A stretch of 64,000 nt of DNA from Gemmatimonadota bacterium (GTDB lineage: Bacteria; Gemmatimonadota; Gemmatimonadetes; Gemmatimonadales; GWC2-71-9): the NCBI GenBank assembly GCA_039591615.1, contig JBDHDH010000004.1, positions 1,825 through 65,824 on the forward strand, in the 5' to 3' direction. Positions 37,356 to 47,954 of this stretch are shown piece by piece. The translations under genes and the position numbers were made by a program. Position 1 is the first letter of the stretch, and the number at the start of each line of letters is the position of its first letter. The notes below the pieces were generated by a model. The model worked only from the letters and a program-made list of their open reading frames with translations. It did no database searches and was not told the DNA's origin.

Positions 37356-38032
37356 GCGGTGGTGCCCCGGCCGACGATCACCTCGGGAGACAGGTCCAGA
37401 AAGAGGCCGGTCTCGACCACACCGGGGCGCCCTCGCAGTGCGCGATCCACTTCATGTGGGTCCCGGATTCCCTCTGGGAAGCGACAATCGAGGATGAAGT
37501 GGTCTCCGTCCGTGCGAAACGGCTCCTTCCCCTCTACAGTCCGGATTATGGGCTCGCCGCCAAGCTCCCGAACCGTGTCGCAATGGAGGCCCCACCCGAA
37601 CGGTACCACCTCCACCGGGACGGCGTAACGCACCCCGAGTCGCTCGACGAGCTTCGACTCGTCCACAACGATCACGTACTGCTCGCTTGCGCTGGCGACG
37701 ATCTTCTCCCACAACAGGGCCCCACCGTGCCCCTTGATGAGGTTTCCCCCTCCGTCCACCTCATCGGCCCCGTCAATGGTGAGATCGATCTTGGGGTAAC
37801 CATCAAGCGTTCCCAGCGGGATGTCGAGCAGCCGCGCAAATTCTTCCGTCCGACGCGACGTGGACACTCCCATGATGTCGCGGAGTTCGCCGGCCCTGAT
37901 CCTTCGCCCGATGGCGGACACGGCGAGCTCGGCCGTCGAGCCCGTCCCGAGGCCCACGACCATGCCCGACCGAACCAGACGAGCCGCCCTCTCGGCGGCG
38001 TCACGTTTCTGGGCACCCCGCGAGTCACTCAC
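37352..38032 (-). CDS. rpiA: Ribose-5-phosphate isomerase A
   Basis: GLGTGST, DGADEVD, IKGHGGALLWEK, PVEV, GVVETGLF. Confidence 0.96.
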   Translation of the reverse strand: MSDSRGAQKRDAAERAARLVRSGMVVGLGTGSTAELAVSAIGRRIRAGELRDIMGVSTSRRTEEFARLLDIPLGTLDGYPKIDLTIDGADEVDGGGNLIKGHGGALLWEKIVASASEQYVIVVDESKLVERLGVRYAVPVEVVPFGWGLHCDTVRELGGEPIIRTVEGKEPFRTDGDHFILDCRFPEGIRDPHEVDRALRGRPGVVETGLFLDLSPEVIVGRGTTA

Positions 38033-38083
38033 GGACGAACGAGCTCCGAGGGGAACCTGCGTTGGAGGGCGTCGCGGAGCAGG

Positions 38084-40114
38084 TCACCGCGCGAGGAGGT
38101 TGCGAGCCCGTGCGGCCACGTTTTCGGGCGTGAAGCCATACGCCTCGAAGATCTTCTGATACGGCGCGGAAGCTCCGAAACGATCAACCCCGATGACTTC
38201 CCCGCGATCTCCGACGATCCGATGCCACGAGAGGGTGTGGCCTGTTTCGACGGCGAGGCGCCACGGTACCGAGGGGGGTAAGACTTCGTCCCGGTAGCTC
38301 TCCGGCTGGGCCGCGAAGATCTCGAGACTGGGCATGCTCACGACGCGCGCCCGCACGCCGTCTCTCGCCAAGAGCGCTCGGGCCACCTCCACGAGACCGA
38401 CCTCCGAGCCGCTGGCGATGAGGATGACGTCCGGCTTGCCATTGGGGACATCGGCGAGCACGTATCCCCCCCGCTCGAGCCCCGAGGCGCCAGCGAGGGT
38501 CTCGCGGTCCACCGGCAGGACCTTTTGCCGAGTCAGAGAGAGCACCACCGGCCCCCCGTGATGCTCGATCGCCACCCGCCACGCTTCCGCTGTTTCCGCC
38601 GCGTCCGCCGGCCGAATGACGGTGAGGTTGGGAACGGCTCGAAGAGCGGCCAGCATCTCGATCGGCTGATGCGTGGGACCATCTTCGCCGAGTCCGATGG
38701 AATCGTGGGTGAAGACGTAAATGACCTTGATCCCCATGAGCGCCGCAAGCCGAATGGGCGGACGCATGTAATCGCTGAACACCAGGAAGGTGGCGCCATA
38801 TGGTATGAAGCCCCCGTGCAGTCGCATGCCGTTGAGGATCGACCCCATCCCGTGCTCCCGAATCCCGAAGTACATGTTGCGCCCGCCCAAGTTTCCCGGG
38901 CCGAGCGGCTCTTCACCCTTGATGAGCGTCTTGTTGGACTCGTGCAGATCGGCCGAGCCCCCCACGAGCTCGGGGAGCTTCGAGGCGACGGCATTCAGCA
39001 CCTTCTCTGACGCCGACCGCGTCGCCATCTGCGCATCATCACGCCCGAACGCAGGTATCGCCTGGCGCCATGCCGTGGGCAACTCACCCCGCAGTCGGCG
39101 ATCCAACTCCCGGGCGAGCTCAGGATGGGCCTTGGCGTACTCCTCGCGAACTCGGTCCGATTCCGCCTGGAGCCCCGATCCCCGCTCCCCACAGCGCCGC
39201 CACTCCAGCAGCGCGTCGTCGGGAACAGTGAAGGGCTCTCTGTGCGGCCACCCCAGGTTTTCCTTGGTGAGCTCGATCTCGTCCTCGCCGAGGGGTGCGC
39301 CGTGCGCGGACGCGGTATCCTGCTTGTTGGGGCTTCCGAAGGCGATGTGGGTCCGGACAACGATCAGCGAAGGCCGGTCCGCGTCCGCTTTGGCGATTCC
39401 GATCGCTTTGTCAATGGCAGCCAAGTCGTTCCCGTCCTCCACCCGCTGCACGTGCCAACCGTACGCGGTGAATCGTTGAGCCGTGTCATCGGTGAAGGTG
39501 AGGGCCGTGTCACCGTCGATGGTGATGTGGTTGTCGTCGTAGAAGCCAATCAGCTTCCCGAGGCGCAGGTGCCCTGCCAGCGATGCCACCTCATGCGACA
39601 CGCCTTCCATAACATCACCGTCGCTGGCGACGAAGTACGTGCGGTGGGTGATCACTTCATGGTCTGGCCGGTTGAAGCGAGCAGCGAGGTGCGCCTGAGC
39701 GATGGCCATCCCGACGGCGTTTCCGAGGCCCTGACCGAGGGGACCCGTCGTCGTCTCCACACCCGGCGTCAAACCATGCTCGGGATGCCCAGGAGTCCTG
39801 CTCGCCCACTGCCGAAAGTCTTTGATCTCCTCCAGCCGGAGGTCATACCCCGTGAGGTAGAGGAGGCTGTAGAGCAGCATGGATGCGTGTCCGCAGGAGA
39901 GCACAAAGCGGTCGCGATCGATCCAGGTCGGGTCTGCGGGGTTGTGACGGAGGTGTTTGGTCCAGAGCACGTAACACAGCGGTGCCAGCGCCATCGGCGT
40001 CCCCGGGTGGCCGGAATTCGCCCGCTGCACCGCGTCCATGGCGAGCGTCCGAACGGTATTGATGCAGAGTTGGTCGAGCTCCGTCGAGCTCGTCACGACT
40101 GCGTCATGCGTCAC
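38084..40114 (-). CDS. tkt: Transketolase
   Basis: [46 protein letters not shown]. Confidence 0.97.
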   Translation of the reverse strand: MTHDAVVTSSTELDQLCINTVRTLAMDAVQRANSGHPGTPMALAPLCYVLWTKHLRHNPADPTWIDRDRFVLSCGHASMLLYSLLYLTGYDLRLEEIKDFRQWASRTPGHPEHGLTPGVETTTGPLGQGLGNAVGMAIAQAHLAARFNRPDHEVITHRTYFVASDGDVMEGVSHEVASLAGHLRLGKLIGFYDDNHITIDGDTALTFTDDTAQRFTAYGWHVQRVEDGNDLAAIDKAIGIAKADADRPSLIVVRTHIAFGSPNKQDTASAHGAPLGEDEIELTKENLGWPHREPFTVPDDALLEWRRCGERGSGLQAESDRVREEYAKAHPELARELDRRLRGELPTAWRQAIPAFGRDDAQMATRSASEKVLNAVASKLPELVGGSADLHESNKTLIKGEEPLGPGNLGGRNMYFGIREHGMGSILNGMRLHGGFIPYGATFLVFSDYMRPPIRLAALMGIKVIYVFTHDSIGLGEDGPTHQPIEMLAALRAVPNLTVIRPADAAETAEAWRVAIEHHGGPVVLSLTRQKVLPVDRETLAGASGLERGGYVLADVPNGKPDVILIASGSEVGLVEVARALLARDGVRARVVSMPSLEIFAAQPESYRDEVLPPSVPWRLAVETGHTLSWHRIVGDRGEVIGVDRFGASAPYQKIFEAYGFTPENVAARARNLLAR

Positions 40115-40338
40115 GACGTCCTCCTCGTCGCCTCGGTAGGTGCAGAAAAACGGACGAGCCGATTCGGCCGGTGGCCCTCCTGTCGACTTCGCCGTGGAGG
40201 CGGCGTCAAGCGGTCACCAGCGACCACCCGGAGGCTGCCTATCGGCTCAACTCGCCACTGATTGTACACGGAGGAGCGGAGGGATGCTACGGAGGATCGC
40301 GCCTGCCGTTGCGCAGCGCGGTCATTATCTTTGATCCC

Positions 40339-43116
40339 ATGACCACCCCATTCAACGCTCGCGCCCATCTCGAGCTCCCCGAAGGCACAACCACGATCTT
40401 CCGGCTGGACGCCCTGAGCGAAGCGGGGCTCGTGGATATCGACACGCTCCCATTCTCGATCCGGGTCCTCCTCGAGAACGTGCTGCGCCACGCGGGGGCC
40501 GGGCTGGTAACGGAGGATCACGTCGCCGCCGTCGCCCATTGGGCGCCCGAGCCGGACCGGAGCGTGGACGTCCCCTTCATGCCGGGCCGCGTGGTCTTGC
40601 AGGACTTCACGGGAGTCCCCGCCGTGGTCGACCTCGCAGCCATGCGCGATGCCATCGTGGGCCTTGGGGGCGATGCTCAACAGATCAATCCCCTCGTGCC
40701 CACGGACCTCGTCATCGACCACTCCGTCCAGGTGGACTTCTTCGGCACGCCGATGGCATTTCGGCTGAACGTCGAGAAGGAGATGGCGCGGAACAGCGAG
40801 CGATACGCACTGCTGCGCTGGGCCCAGCAAGCGTTCCACGGCTTCCGAGTGGTACCTCCGGGGACCGGCATCGTGCACCAGGTGAACCTGGAATATCTCG
40901 CAAGCGTGGTGCGCGTGGCCGAGCACCTCGGCGAGCGCGTCGCCTTCCCCGACACGCTGGTCGGCACTGATTCCCATACGACGATGATCAACGGGTTGGG
41001 AGTCATGGGCTGGGGCGTTGGCGGGATCGAGGCCGAGGCCGTGATGTTGGGCCAGCCATACTTCATGCAGTTGCCGGACGTCGTCGGCGTGAAGCTCACG
41101 GGACGGCTCCCGGAGGGAGCCACGGCGACGGATCTGGTCCTCGTCGTCACCCAGATGCTCCGAAAGTTCGGTGTGGTCGGACGGTTCGTGGAGTTCTTCG
41201 GCCCCGGCATGAGCAGCCTCGGTCTCGCAGACCGGGCGACCATCGCCAACATGTCGCCGGAGTACGGCGCCACGATGGGCTTCTTTCCAGTGGACCTCGA
41301 AACACTGCGATACCTCGAGCGCACGGGTCGGCCGACCGAGGTGATCGAGCGAGTCGAGCGCTACTGCAAGGAGCAGCAGCTCTTTCACAGCGAGACCGGC
41401 CCCGACCCTGACTACTCGACACTCCTGGAGCTCGACCTCGGCACGATCAAGCCCTCGCTGGCCGGGCCTCGCCGCCCCCAGGATCGAGTGCCGCTCACCG
41501 AGATCACGGCATCCTTCCGGCAGGTGCTGCCCAACCTCATCCCCAGCGGCGCCAGGCGAGGAGCACCCGAACGAGACAGCGCCAGATGGGCTGGGGAAGG
41601 CGGGCAGTCGCCTGCGACGGCCGTTGCCGTGACCGGTGATATCGCCGCGGTCTGCGACGTGGAATACGAGGGTAGCCGTTTCGACCTGCGGGACGGGTCG
41701 GTGGTCATTGCCGCCATCACCAGCTGTACCAACACGTCGAACCCGTCGGTGATGATCGGTGCTGGCCTGGTGGCCCGAAACGCGCGGGCGCGAGGCCTGG
41801 ATCGCAAGCCCTGGGTCAAGACGAGCATGGCCCCCGGGTCCAAGGTGGTCACCGATTACCTGAACGAGTCTGGCGTCATGGACGACCTCGAAGCCCTGGG
41901 GTTCCACGTCGTCGGATACGGATGCACCACCTGCATCGGAAACAGTGGGCCGCTCGCAGAGCCCATCGCCCGTGCCATCAGCGACCACGAGCTCGTGGCG
42001 GTAGCCGTCCTCTCCGGGAACCGAAACTTCGAGGCTCGCATCCATCCGCTGGTGCGCGCGAACTATCTGGCATCCCCGATGCTCGTCGTGGCGTACGCCA
42101 TCGCCGGCAGGATCGACCTGGACCTCACGAAGGAGCCCCTGGGAACGGATCCAGACGGCGAGCCCGTTCATCTGAGAGACATCTGGCCGAGCGCGGAAGA
42201 GATCAATGCCGAAGTCGCGCGCACACTGAAGCCGGCCATGTTCCGCAAGGAATACGCGGCGGTGTTCGAGGGTGACGCAGACTGGCAGCGGCTCGAAGTC
42301 CCCGAGGCGGCTGGTGGTCGCTATGGTTGGCGCGATGACTCCACGTACGTGCGCGAGCCCCCTTTCTTCACGGGCATGGAGTCTGAACCCGCAGCGGCCG
42401 AGAACATTGAGGGGGCCCGGGTGCTGGTGTGGCTTGGTGACTCAGTCACGACAGACCACATCTCCCCGGCCGGGGCGATCCCGAAAGACAGCCCCGCCGG
42501 CCGGTGGCTCATCGAGTGGGCCGTCAAGCCGGTCGATTTCAACACGTTCGGTTCCCGCCGCGGCAATCACGAAGTGATGATGCGGGGGACGTTCGGAAAC
42601 ATCCGGATCAAGAACAAGCTGGTCGAGGGCAAGGAGGGAAACTGGACGGCCCACCTCCCGGCCGGCGAGGAAATGAGCATCTACGACGCGGCTATGCGCT
42701 ATCTCGAGGAGGGCATGCCACTCGTGGTCGTGGCCGGGAAGGAGTACGGCTCCGGCAGTTCGCGAGACTGGGCTGCGAAGGGCACCGCCCTCCTGGGCGT
42801 ACGCGCGGTGATCGCGGAAAGCTACGAGCGGATTCACCGCAGCAATCTCATCGGTATGGGCGTGCTGCCGCTCCAGTTTCAGCGGGGGCAGAACGCCGAC
42901 GGCCTCGGGTTGAACGGCCGCGAGACCTACGACATCACCGGGATCGACGATGCGAAGCTGGCCCCTGCCTCGACGGCGCATGTCACGGCACATGGGGAGA
43001 GCGGCGACACGGTGGAGTTCGATGCGGTCGTGCGTCTCGACACGGCCATCGACGTCGAGTACTACAAGCACGGTGGGATCCTGCGTTACGTGTTGCGACA
43101 GCTTGCGAAACGGTAG
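40339..43116 (+). CDS. acnA: Aconitate hydratase A
   Basis: LPFSIRVLLEN, QDFTGVP, DHSVQVD, GTDSHT, AITSCTNTSNP, GCTTCIGNSG, TTDHISPAG, GSSRDWAAKG; start ATG 40339. Confidence 0.97.
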   Translation: MTTPFNARAHLELPEGTTTIFRLDALSEAGLVDIDTLPFSIRVLLENVLRHAGAGLVTEDHVAAVAHWAPEPDRSVDVPFMPGRVVLQDFTGVPAVVDLAAMRDAIVGLGGDAQQINPLVPTDLVIDHSVQVDFFGTPMAFRLNVEKEMARNSERYALLRWAQQAFHGFRVVPPGTGIVHQVNLEYLASVVRVAEHLGERVAFPDTLVGTDSHTTMINGLGVMGWGVGGIEAEAVMLGQPYFMQLPDVVGVKLTGRLPEGATATDLVLVVTQMLRKFGVVGRFVEFFGPGMSSLGLADRATIANMSPEYGATMGFFPVDLETLRYLERTGRPTEVIERVERYCKEQQLFHSETGPDPDYSTLLELDLGTIKPSLAGPRRPQDRVPLTEITASFRQVLPNLIPSGARRGAPERDSARWAGEGGQSPATAVAVTGDIAAVCDVEYEGSRFDLRDGSVVIAAITSCTNTSNPSVMIGAGLVARNARARGLDRKPWVKTSMAPGSKVVTDYLNESGVMDDLEALGFHVVGYGCTTCIGNSGPLAEPIARAISDHELVAVAVLSGNRNFEARIHPLVRANYLASPMLVVAYAIAGRIDLDLTKEPLGTDPDGEPVHLRDIWPSAEEINAEVARTLKPAMFRKEYAAVFEGDADWQRLEVPEAAGGRYGWRDDSTYVREPPFFTGMESEPAAAENIEGARVLVWLGDSVTTDHISPAGAIPKDSPAGRWLIEWAVKPVDFNTFGSRRGNHEVMMRGTFGNIRIKNKLVEGKEGNWTAHLPAGEEMSIYDAAMRYLEEGMPLVVVAGKEYGSGSSRDWAAKGTALLGVRAVIAESYERIHRSNLIGMGVLPLQFQRGQNADGLGLNGRETYDITGIDDAKLAPASTAHVTAHGESGDTVEFDAVVRLDTAIDVEYYKHGGILRYVLRQLAKR

Positions 43117-43172
43117 ACAGCAGAGGGACGGGCGGTCGAGGGCGTGTTAGTGACCTCGCGTCCCCCCGAACG

Positions 43173-44327
43173 TCACCGCGTCACCTCCAAGAACCGCTCG
43201 ACCCGATCCCAGTCTGCTACAGTGTCCTCGTACCCAAGCTCCACCAGCAGATTCGTGTAGGTGGGCTCGAACAGGAGATAACTCACGAAGTCCGAGCTCC
43301 CGGGCCGCCTTGCACCGATGCTGTTCACGACCCAGCGCAGCATCTTAGGGAGGTTCTCGCCGTGCCCTCGAGAGAGCACGCCGAGGTCCCGGGACGGGCG
43401 TAGCATCAGGAGCTCGATAGGACGGAGCTTGCCCGGGCCGAGCGTTCCCGGCGCACACCGCTCGAGCACGTGGTTGATGCGTTCCAGGCGTTCCGCATCG
43501 GCGTCCAAGGAATCCAGGAACACGGCGTTGAACAGCAGGCCCATGACCTCGGCGCTGGCGGGGTATTCCCCCACTGGATGAACCGGGACGCTCGCGAACG
43601 CTCTCCCCGACCGCATCGTGATCGCAATGATCCGCGTTGCGCCCAAATGGATCGCCGGAGCCAGCGGCGCGATCTGCCGCACACTGCCATCACCGTAGAA
43701 GCCATCCCGCAATCGCACCGCGGAGAAGATGATCGGGATTGCGGCGGACGCCATCACGTGGTCGATGGTGAGCTCGGCTCGGACGCCGATGCGCTGCACC
43801 CGCTCCCATACGGGGATGTCAGATACGCCTTGCATGAACGTGACCGTCTGCCCCGTGGTGTACGAGGTCGCGCTCAGCGCTACGGCCCGCAGCCGCTCCT
43901 CGAGGATGTTCGTCTCGATTCCCGAGAGATCCATACACCCCTCGAGAAACCGCGTCAGCGGCGAGAGATTCATCAAACCCTTCACCGTCCCGGGCTCGGT
44001 GCGGCGACCGAATCGCGTACGTAGGAGCCCGCGCAGGGACGTGCGGAGCAGGCCCACGGGGTGGACGGAATAGACCTGGTCGGGGGTGAGCCTCGACCAC
44101 TCGGTCCGAAGGCCGGCCACCGCCGTCGCGAAGTTGCCTCGGTGCGCCGCCAGGTAGGCGATATTGATGGCGCCGGCCGACACGCCCGTCAGGATCGGGA
44201 TCCGGAGGTCCGGAACGCGCTCTGCGATTGCTGACAATACTCCGACCTGGTACGCGGCACGGGCACCGCCTCCCGCAAGCACGAGCGCGACGTCGTCGGA
44301 GGGTGACTGGAGACCCGGGAGCGTCAT
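43173..44327 (-). CDS. Patatin-like phospholipase
   Basis: GGGARAAYQVG, GVSAG nucleophile, DGS motif. Confidence 0.9.
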   Translation of the reverse strand: MTLPGLQSPSDDVALVLAGGGARAAYQVGVLSAIAERVPDLRIPILTGVSAGAINIAYLAAHRGNFATAVAGLRTEWSRLTPDQVYSVHPVGLLRTSLRGLLRTRFGRRTEPGTVKGLMNLSPLTRFLEGCMDLSGIETNILEERLRAVALSATSYTTGQTVTFMQGVSDIPVWERVQRIGVRAELTIDHVMASAAIPIIFSAVRLRDGFYGDGSVRQIAPLAPAIHLGATRIIAITMRSGRAFASVPVHPVGEYPASAEVMGLLFNAVFLDSLDADAERLERINHVLERCAPGTLGPGKLRPIELLMLRPSRDLGVLSRGHGENLPKMLRWVVNSIGARRPGSSDFVSYLLFEPTYTNLLVELGYEDTVADWDRVERFLEVTR

Positions 44328-44405
44328 GGCCGCGGAAAGGTGACGAGAGCGCGCGGGCAGCGCCAGGGGCTGCATTTCGCGCGCGCGCGCTTATCTTCCG
44401 ACCCC

Positions 44406-44813
44406 GTGGCGTTCACCGTTCCCGACGACGAGCTGGAATTTCGTGCCAGTCGTGCGAGCGGCCCGGGCGGACAGCACGTCAACAAGACGTCAACCCGGGT
44501 CGAGGTGTTGTGGAACGTCCGAACGAGCGCCGCACTGACCGATGTGCAGCGCACGCGGGTGCTGGACAAGCTGAGCAATCGGGTAGACTCCACCGGTGTG
44601 CTGCGCGTGGCCGCCAGCGAGCGACGCAGTCAGCTGCGCAATCGCGAAGCGGCGGCGATGCGACTCAATGCGCTGGTGCAGGAGGCGCTCCGGAAACCCC
44701 GCCCCCGAAAACGGACCAAGCCGCCGCGGGCAGCCATCGAGAAGCGGCTCGAGGAGAAACGGCGGCGCTCGGACACCAAGCAACGGCGAGGGCGCGTCAA
44801 ACCTGAGGATTGA
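44406..44813 (+). CDS. arfB: Alternative ribosome rescue peptidyl-tRNA hydrolase
   Basis: RASGPGGQHVNK, RSQLRNR, basic C-terminal tail; start GTG 44406 favoured over 44340. Confidence 0.92.
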   Translation: MAFTVPDDELEFRASRASGPGGQHVNKTSTRVEVLWNVRTSAALTDVQRTRVLDKLSNRVDSTGVLRVAASERRSQLRNREAAAMRLNALVQEALRKPRPRKRTKPPRAAIEKRLEEKRRRSDTKQRRGRVKPED

Positions 44814-44876
44814 GATCGGAGCGAACGGACGTCCGGCGACTGGTCCGACGTCGAGGAGAGCCATGGAGAGATTCTC

Positions 44877-45344
44877 ATGCAGCTAGGGCACGTTCCCCTG
44901 GCCTTATCCATCGCGACCTACGACTGGAGCCCGAGAACGGCGATCTTCTGCCTCGCGATGCACTTTCTGCCCAACGTCGACTCCCTCGTGGAGCGTGCCG
45001 GGTGGGCCGACAGCGGCTTTCATTGCAGCGCGACGCATACCGTGTGGTTCGCCGTCGTCATGAGCGCCATCGTGGCAATCGTGTCGCCGCACTACTCGAT
45101 CTTTGCATTCGCCGCCATCATGACCCACTTCGCTGCCGACATCGGAAGTACCGTAGGTCTCCCTCTCCTCTGGCCGTTCTACCGCAAGAGGCTGACCCTC
45201 GCCCTGTTCAAGGACTCGGGCTACTGGGGAAAAGAGATGTACATCGGATACTATAGACAACCCATGGCGTGGGTACTGGAGGGTGGGGTCATCGCCTTCT
45301 TTGTGTACCGCCTCTTCCATATCGGGGCGTTGGGATCGGGATAG
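44877..45344 (+). CDS. Membrane metal-dependent hydrolase (YdjM/LexA-regulated family)
   Basis: N-terminal GH, LPNVD, HCSATH, THFAAD, G.PLLWPF. Confidence 0.75.
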   Translation: MQLGHVPLALSIATYDWSPRTAIFCLAMHFLPNVDSLVERAGWADSGFHCSATHTVWFAVVMSAIVAIVSPHYSIFAFAAIMTHFAADIGSTVGLPLLWPFYRKRLTLALFKDSGYWGKEMYIGYYRQPMAWVLEGGVIAFFVYRLFHIGALGSG

Positions 45345-45357
45345 GCTGGCGCGTTCG

Positions 45358-46944
45358 ATGCACTCTTCCCACTGGGATACCGTCATCGTCGGGAGTGGAT
45401 TCGGGGGCAGCACGGTTGCCCTCGAACTCGCCAAGGCTGGGCGCAACGTGTTGGTGCTCGAGCGCGGTCGATGGGTCGACCGCGACGACTCGGCGTGGGA
45501 CCCCATCGCCATTCAAGTAGAGCGCAAGTACCGCGGCGTCACATCCTACGAAGTGGACGAGCGATGGGGCCGGAAGATCACGTATCCGGACGATGCCGTC
45601 GGGGGGAAGTCGATCTTCTACGGTGCCGCCTCCTTTCGTTACCGCGAGGCCGACTTCACGACCAGCGCCCGCTTCGCAGGCGGGCCGTCGGACACCATCC
45701 CAAATATGGACTGGCCCATCCAGTACGCGGACCTCGAGCCGTTCTATCACGAAGCGGAGCACACCATCGGTGTGGCCGGTGTGGCCGGCACCGATCCCAC
45801 CGAGCCACCACGAGTCGGCGATTATCCAGCCCCGCCTCCCCCCTACGGAAGGTCGGCGCGTCGGATCGCCGATGCGGCGAGTGCCCTCGGACTCCGACCC
45901 TTTCCCATCCCACTCGCCATCAACTTCGACGGAAGGGGCGGGCGGCCGAGCTGCGCGATGTGCATGACGTGTGACTTGTTCCCGTGCAAGATCTGCGCGA
46001 AGAACGACCTCGCGGTGACAGTCCTCGCCGACGCACACCGGCGCGGTGCTCGGATCCGCTCTCGCACCATCGTGAAGCGACTCGTCATGGAAGCGGACCG
46101 GGTACGCGCCGTGGAATGCATCGACCTCGAACGAAACGAGGAGATCACCATCACGTGCGATCTCTGCGTGGTGAGTTGCGGCGCCATCGGCTCGGCGGCC
46201 CTCCTTTTGGCGTCGGGGCTCGGCGAGCGAAGGCCCAACGGCCCATTGATCGGTCGCCACCTCATGCGGCACTGCAGTGGCGTCGTCATCGGGCTCTTTC
46301 CATTCAAGACCAACCCCGAGCAACTGTTTCACAAACAGGTGGCGATTGCCGATTTCTATTTTGGAGACCGCAGTCGGCGTCCCGAGGGGCCGTGGGGCAT
46401 GATCCAGGCATTGCAAACGCCGCCACCCGAGTTCATCGAGCAGACTTCGCCCTTCCCGTTTCCGGTGGGGAAGATCGGTGCGAAAACGATTGCACACCAC
46501 GCCTACTTGTTGTGCATCGCGGAGGATCTTCCCCGCCCCGACAACCGGGTCGAGGTGGATGCTGGGATCCGCGACGGCATCGGCATGCCACGCGTGCGAG
46601 TCCACCACCGGTACACAACCCGAGATCGCAAAGCCCGCCGGGCGCTCTTCGGCAAAGGCGGGCGAATCCTGCGACAGGCTGGCGCGCTCATTCGCGTTCG
46701 CATGCCCATCCACACCTATTCCCACGCCATTGGGACGTGTCGCTTCGGCGAGCATCCGGAACGGGCAGTGTTGGATCCGTGGTGTGGGTTCTTTGGCGTT
46801 TCGAATCTCTTCGTCGTTGACGGAAGCTTCCTCCCGTCCTCGGGAAGCGTGAACCCAAGCCTCACCATCGCCGCCAACGGTCTCCGCGTGGGGCGGTATC
46901 TGGCCGACCACTGGGACGAGGTGCTGGACCGCAACCCGCCGTGA
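45358..46944 (+). CDS. GMC family FAD oxidoreductase with Cys cluster
   Basis: GSGFGG, VLERG, VGGKS.FY, CAMCMTCDLFPC, HAIGTCRFG, NPSLTIAAN. Confidence 0.9.
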   Translation: MHSSHWDTVIVGSGFGGSTVALELAKAGRNVLVLERGRWVDRDDSAWDPIAIQVERKYRGVTSYEVDERWGRKITYPDDAVGGKSIFYGAASFRYREADFTTSARFAGGPSDTIPNMDWPIQYADLEPFYHEAEHTIGVAGVAGTDPTEPPRVGDYPAPPPPYGRSARRIADAASALGLRPFPIPLAINFDGRGGRPSCAMCMTCDLFPCKICAKNDLAVTVLADAHRRGARIRSRTIVKRLVMEADRVRAVECIDLERNEEITITCDLCVVSCGAIGSAALLLASGLGERRPNGPLIGRHLMRHCSGVVIGLFPFKTNPEQLFHKQVAIADFYFGDRSRRPEGPWGMIQALQTPPPEFIEQTSPFPFPVGKIGAKTIAHHAYLLCIAEDLPRPDNRVEVDAGIRDGIGMPRVRVHHRYTTRDRKARRALFGKGGRILRQAGALIRVRMPIHTYSHAIGTCRFGEHPERAVLDPWCGFFGVSNLFVVDGSFLPSSGSVNPSLTIAANGLRVGRYLADHWDEVLDRNPP

Positions 46945-47954
46945 CCAAGATCAACCTCTGCATCCTCGGTTGCGGCGCCATTGCCAGGCTTCACAGCCGG
47001 GTAGCCCGTACCCTACGTTCGCGAGTCAATCTCCTCTACGCCAGCCGATCGCTCGAGACCGCGGAGACCTACAATCGCAAGTTCGGTGGGATCGGGGCCT
47101 TCGGCGACTACGAGTCCGCATGTGCGGACCCGCGGGTGGACGCCGTACTCATTTGCACGCCCCACGCGCTCCACGTCTCCCACGCGCATCTCGCGGCGCG
47201 CAATGGCAAGGCGATGCTGATCGAAAAGCCGGTCACCCGTACGCTCCAGGAGTTATCCGAAATCGAGCGCGTCGTCGGAGAGACAGGCGTTATCGCGATG
47301 GTCGCCGAGAACTACCATTTCAAGCCGCTCATCAACGTGCTACGGCAGCACATCACACGGGGCGACATGGGTGACGTGTTGTTCGTCGAGGTAAATCGCG
47401 CCGGAACGAGCACCATTCGGGGTTGGCGCGCAGATGCCGAGATGATGGGAGGGGGAGCGCTGCTGGAAGGCGGTGTGCACTGGATGAATCTGTTGGTGAA
47501 TATCGGAGGAAAAGTCGATACCGTCGTGGCTGCGCATCCCACAAAGGATAGGGAGCTCATCGCACCCTTCGAAGACAGCTTGGAGCTGCTCGTCAAGTTC
47601 GCGGACGGCGCCGTCGGCAAGCTGCTTCACGCCTGGAATCTGCGAAATCGCATCGGCGGCCTGAGCATCTCCAAGATCTACGGCAGCGACGGCAACATAC
47701 ACTTCGAAAGCAACGGTATCGCTGTGCTCGTTCTCGGGCGTCGCAAGCGCCTTCGACTCCCCGGATTCCTTGATATCATGGGCTATCGGGCCATGTTGAA
47801 GCACTTCGTCGATTGTGTGCAGGGTGGCCGGACGCCGAGCATGTCCCTGGCAGTCGCACGGCGCGACCTCCGGGTGATCGCCGCGGCGTACCGGTCGCTT
47901 GAGAGTGGGCACTTCGAATCCGCGCAGGAGGATCGCGATGTTCGAAATCACTAG
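46941..47954 (+). CDS. Gfo/Idh/MocA family NAD(P) oxidoreductase
   Basis: GCGAIA, CTPHALH, EKP, GGGALLEGGVH; GTGA overlap with GMC gene. Confidence 0.9.
   Translation: MTKINLCILGCGAIARLHSRVARTLRSRVNLLYASRSLETAETYNRKFGGIGAFGDYESACADPRVDAVLICTPHALHVSHAHLAARNGKAMLIEKPVTRTLQELSEIERVVGETGVIAMVAENYHFKPLINVLRQHITRGDMGDVLFVEVNRAGTSTIRGWRADAEMMGGGALLEGGVHWMNLLVNIGGKVDTVVAAHPTKDRELIAPFEDSLELLVKFADGAVGKLLHAWNLRNRIGGLSISKIYGSDGNIHFESNGIAVLVLGRRKRLRLPGFLDIMGYRAMLKHFVDCVQGGRTPSMSLAVARRDLRVIAAAYRSLESGHFESAQEDRDVRNH

Noticed and set aside
37352-40114. tkt-rpiA as a Calvin-cycle cluster linked to CO oxidation
   Set aside because: No RuBisCO or phosphoribulokinase in the window; ordinary pentose phosphate genes suffice
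40111-42171. 686-aa minus ORF and other long opposite-strand ORFs (e.g. 7853-9412, 24244-25650, 45289-46911, 56854-58344)
   Set aside because: Antisense shadows of well-supported genes, expected in high-GC DNA
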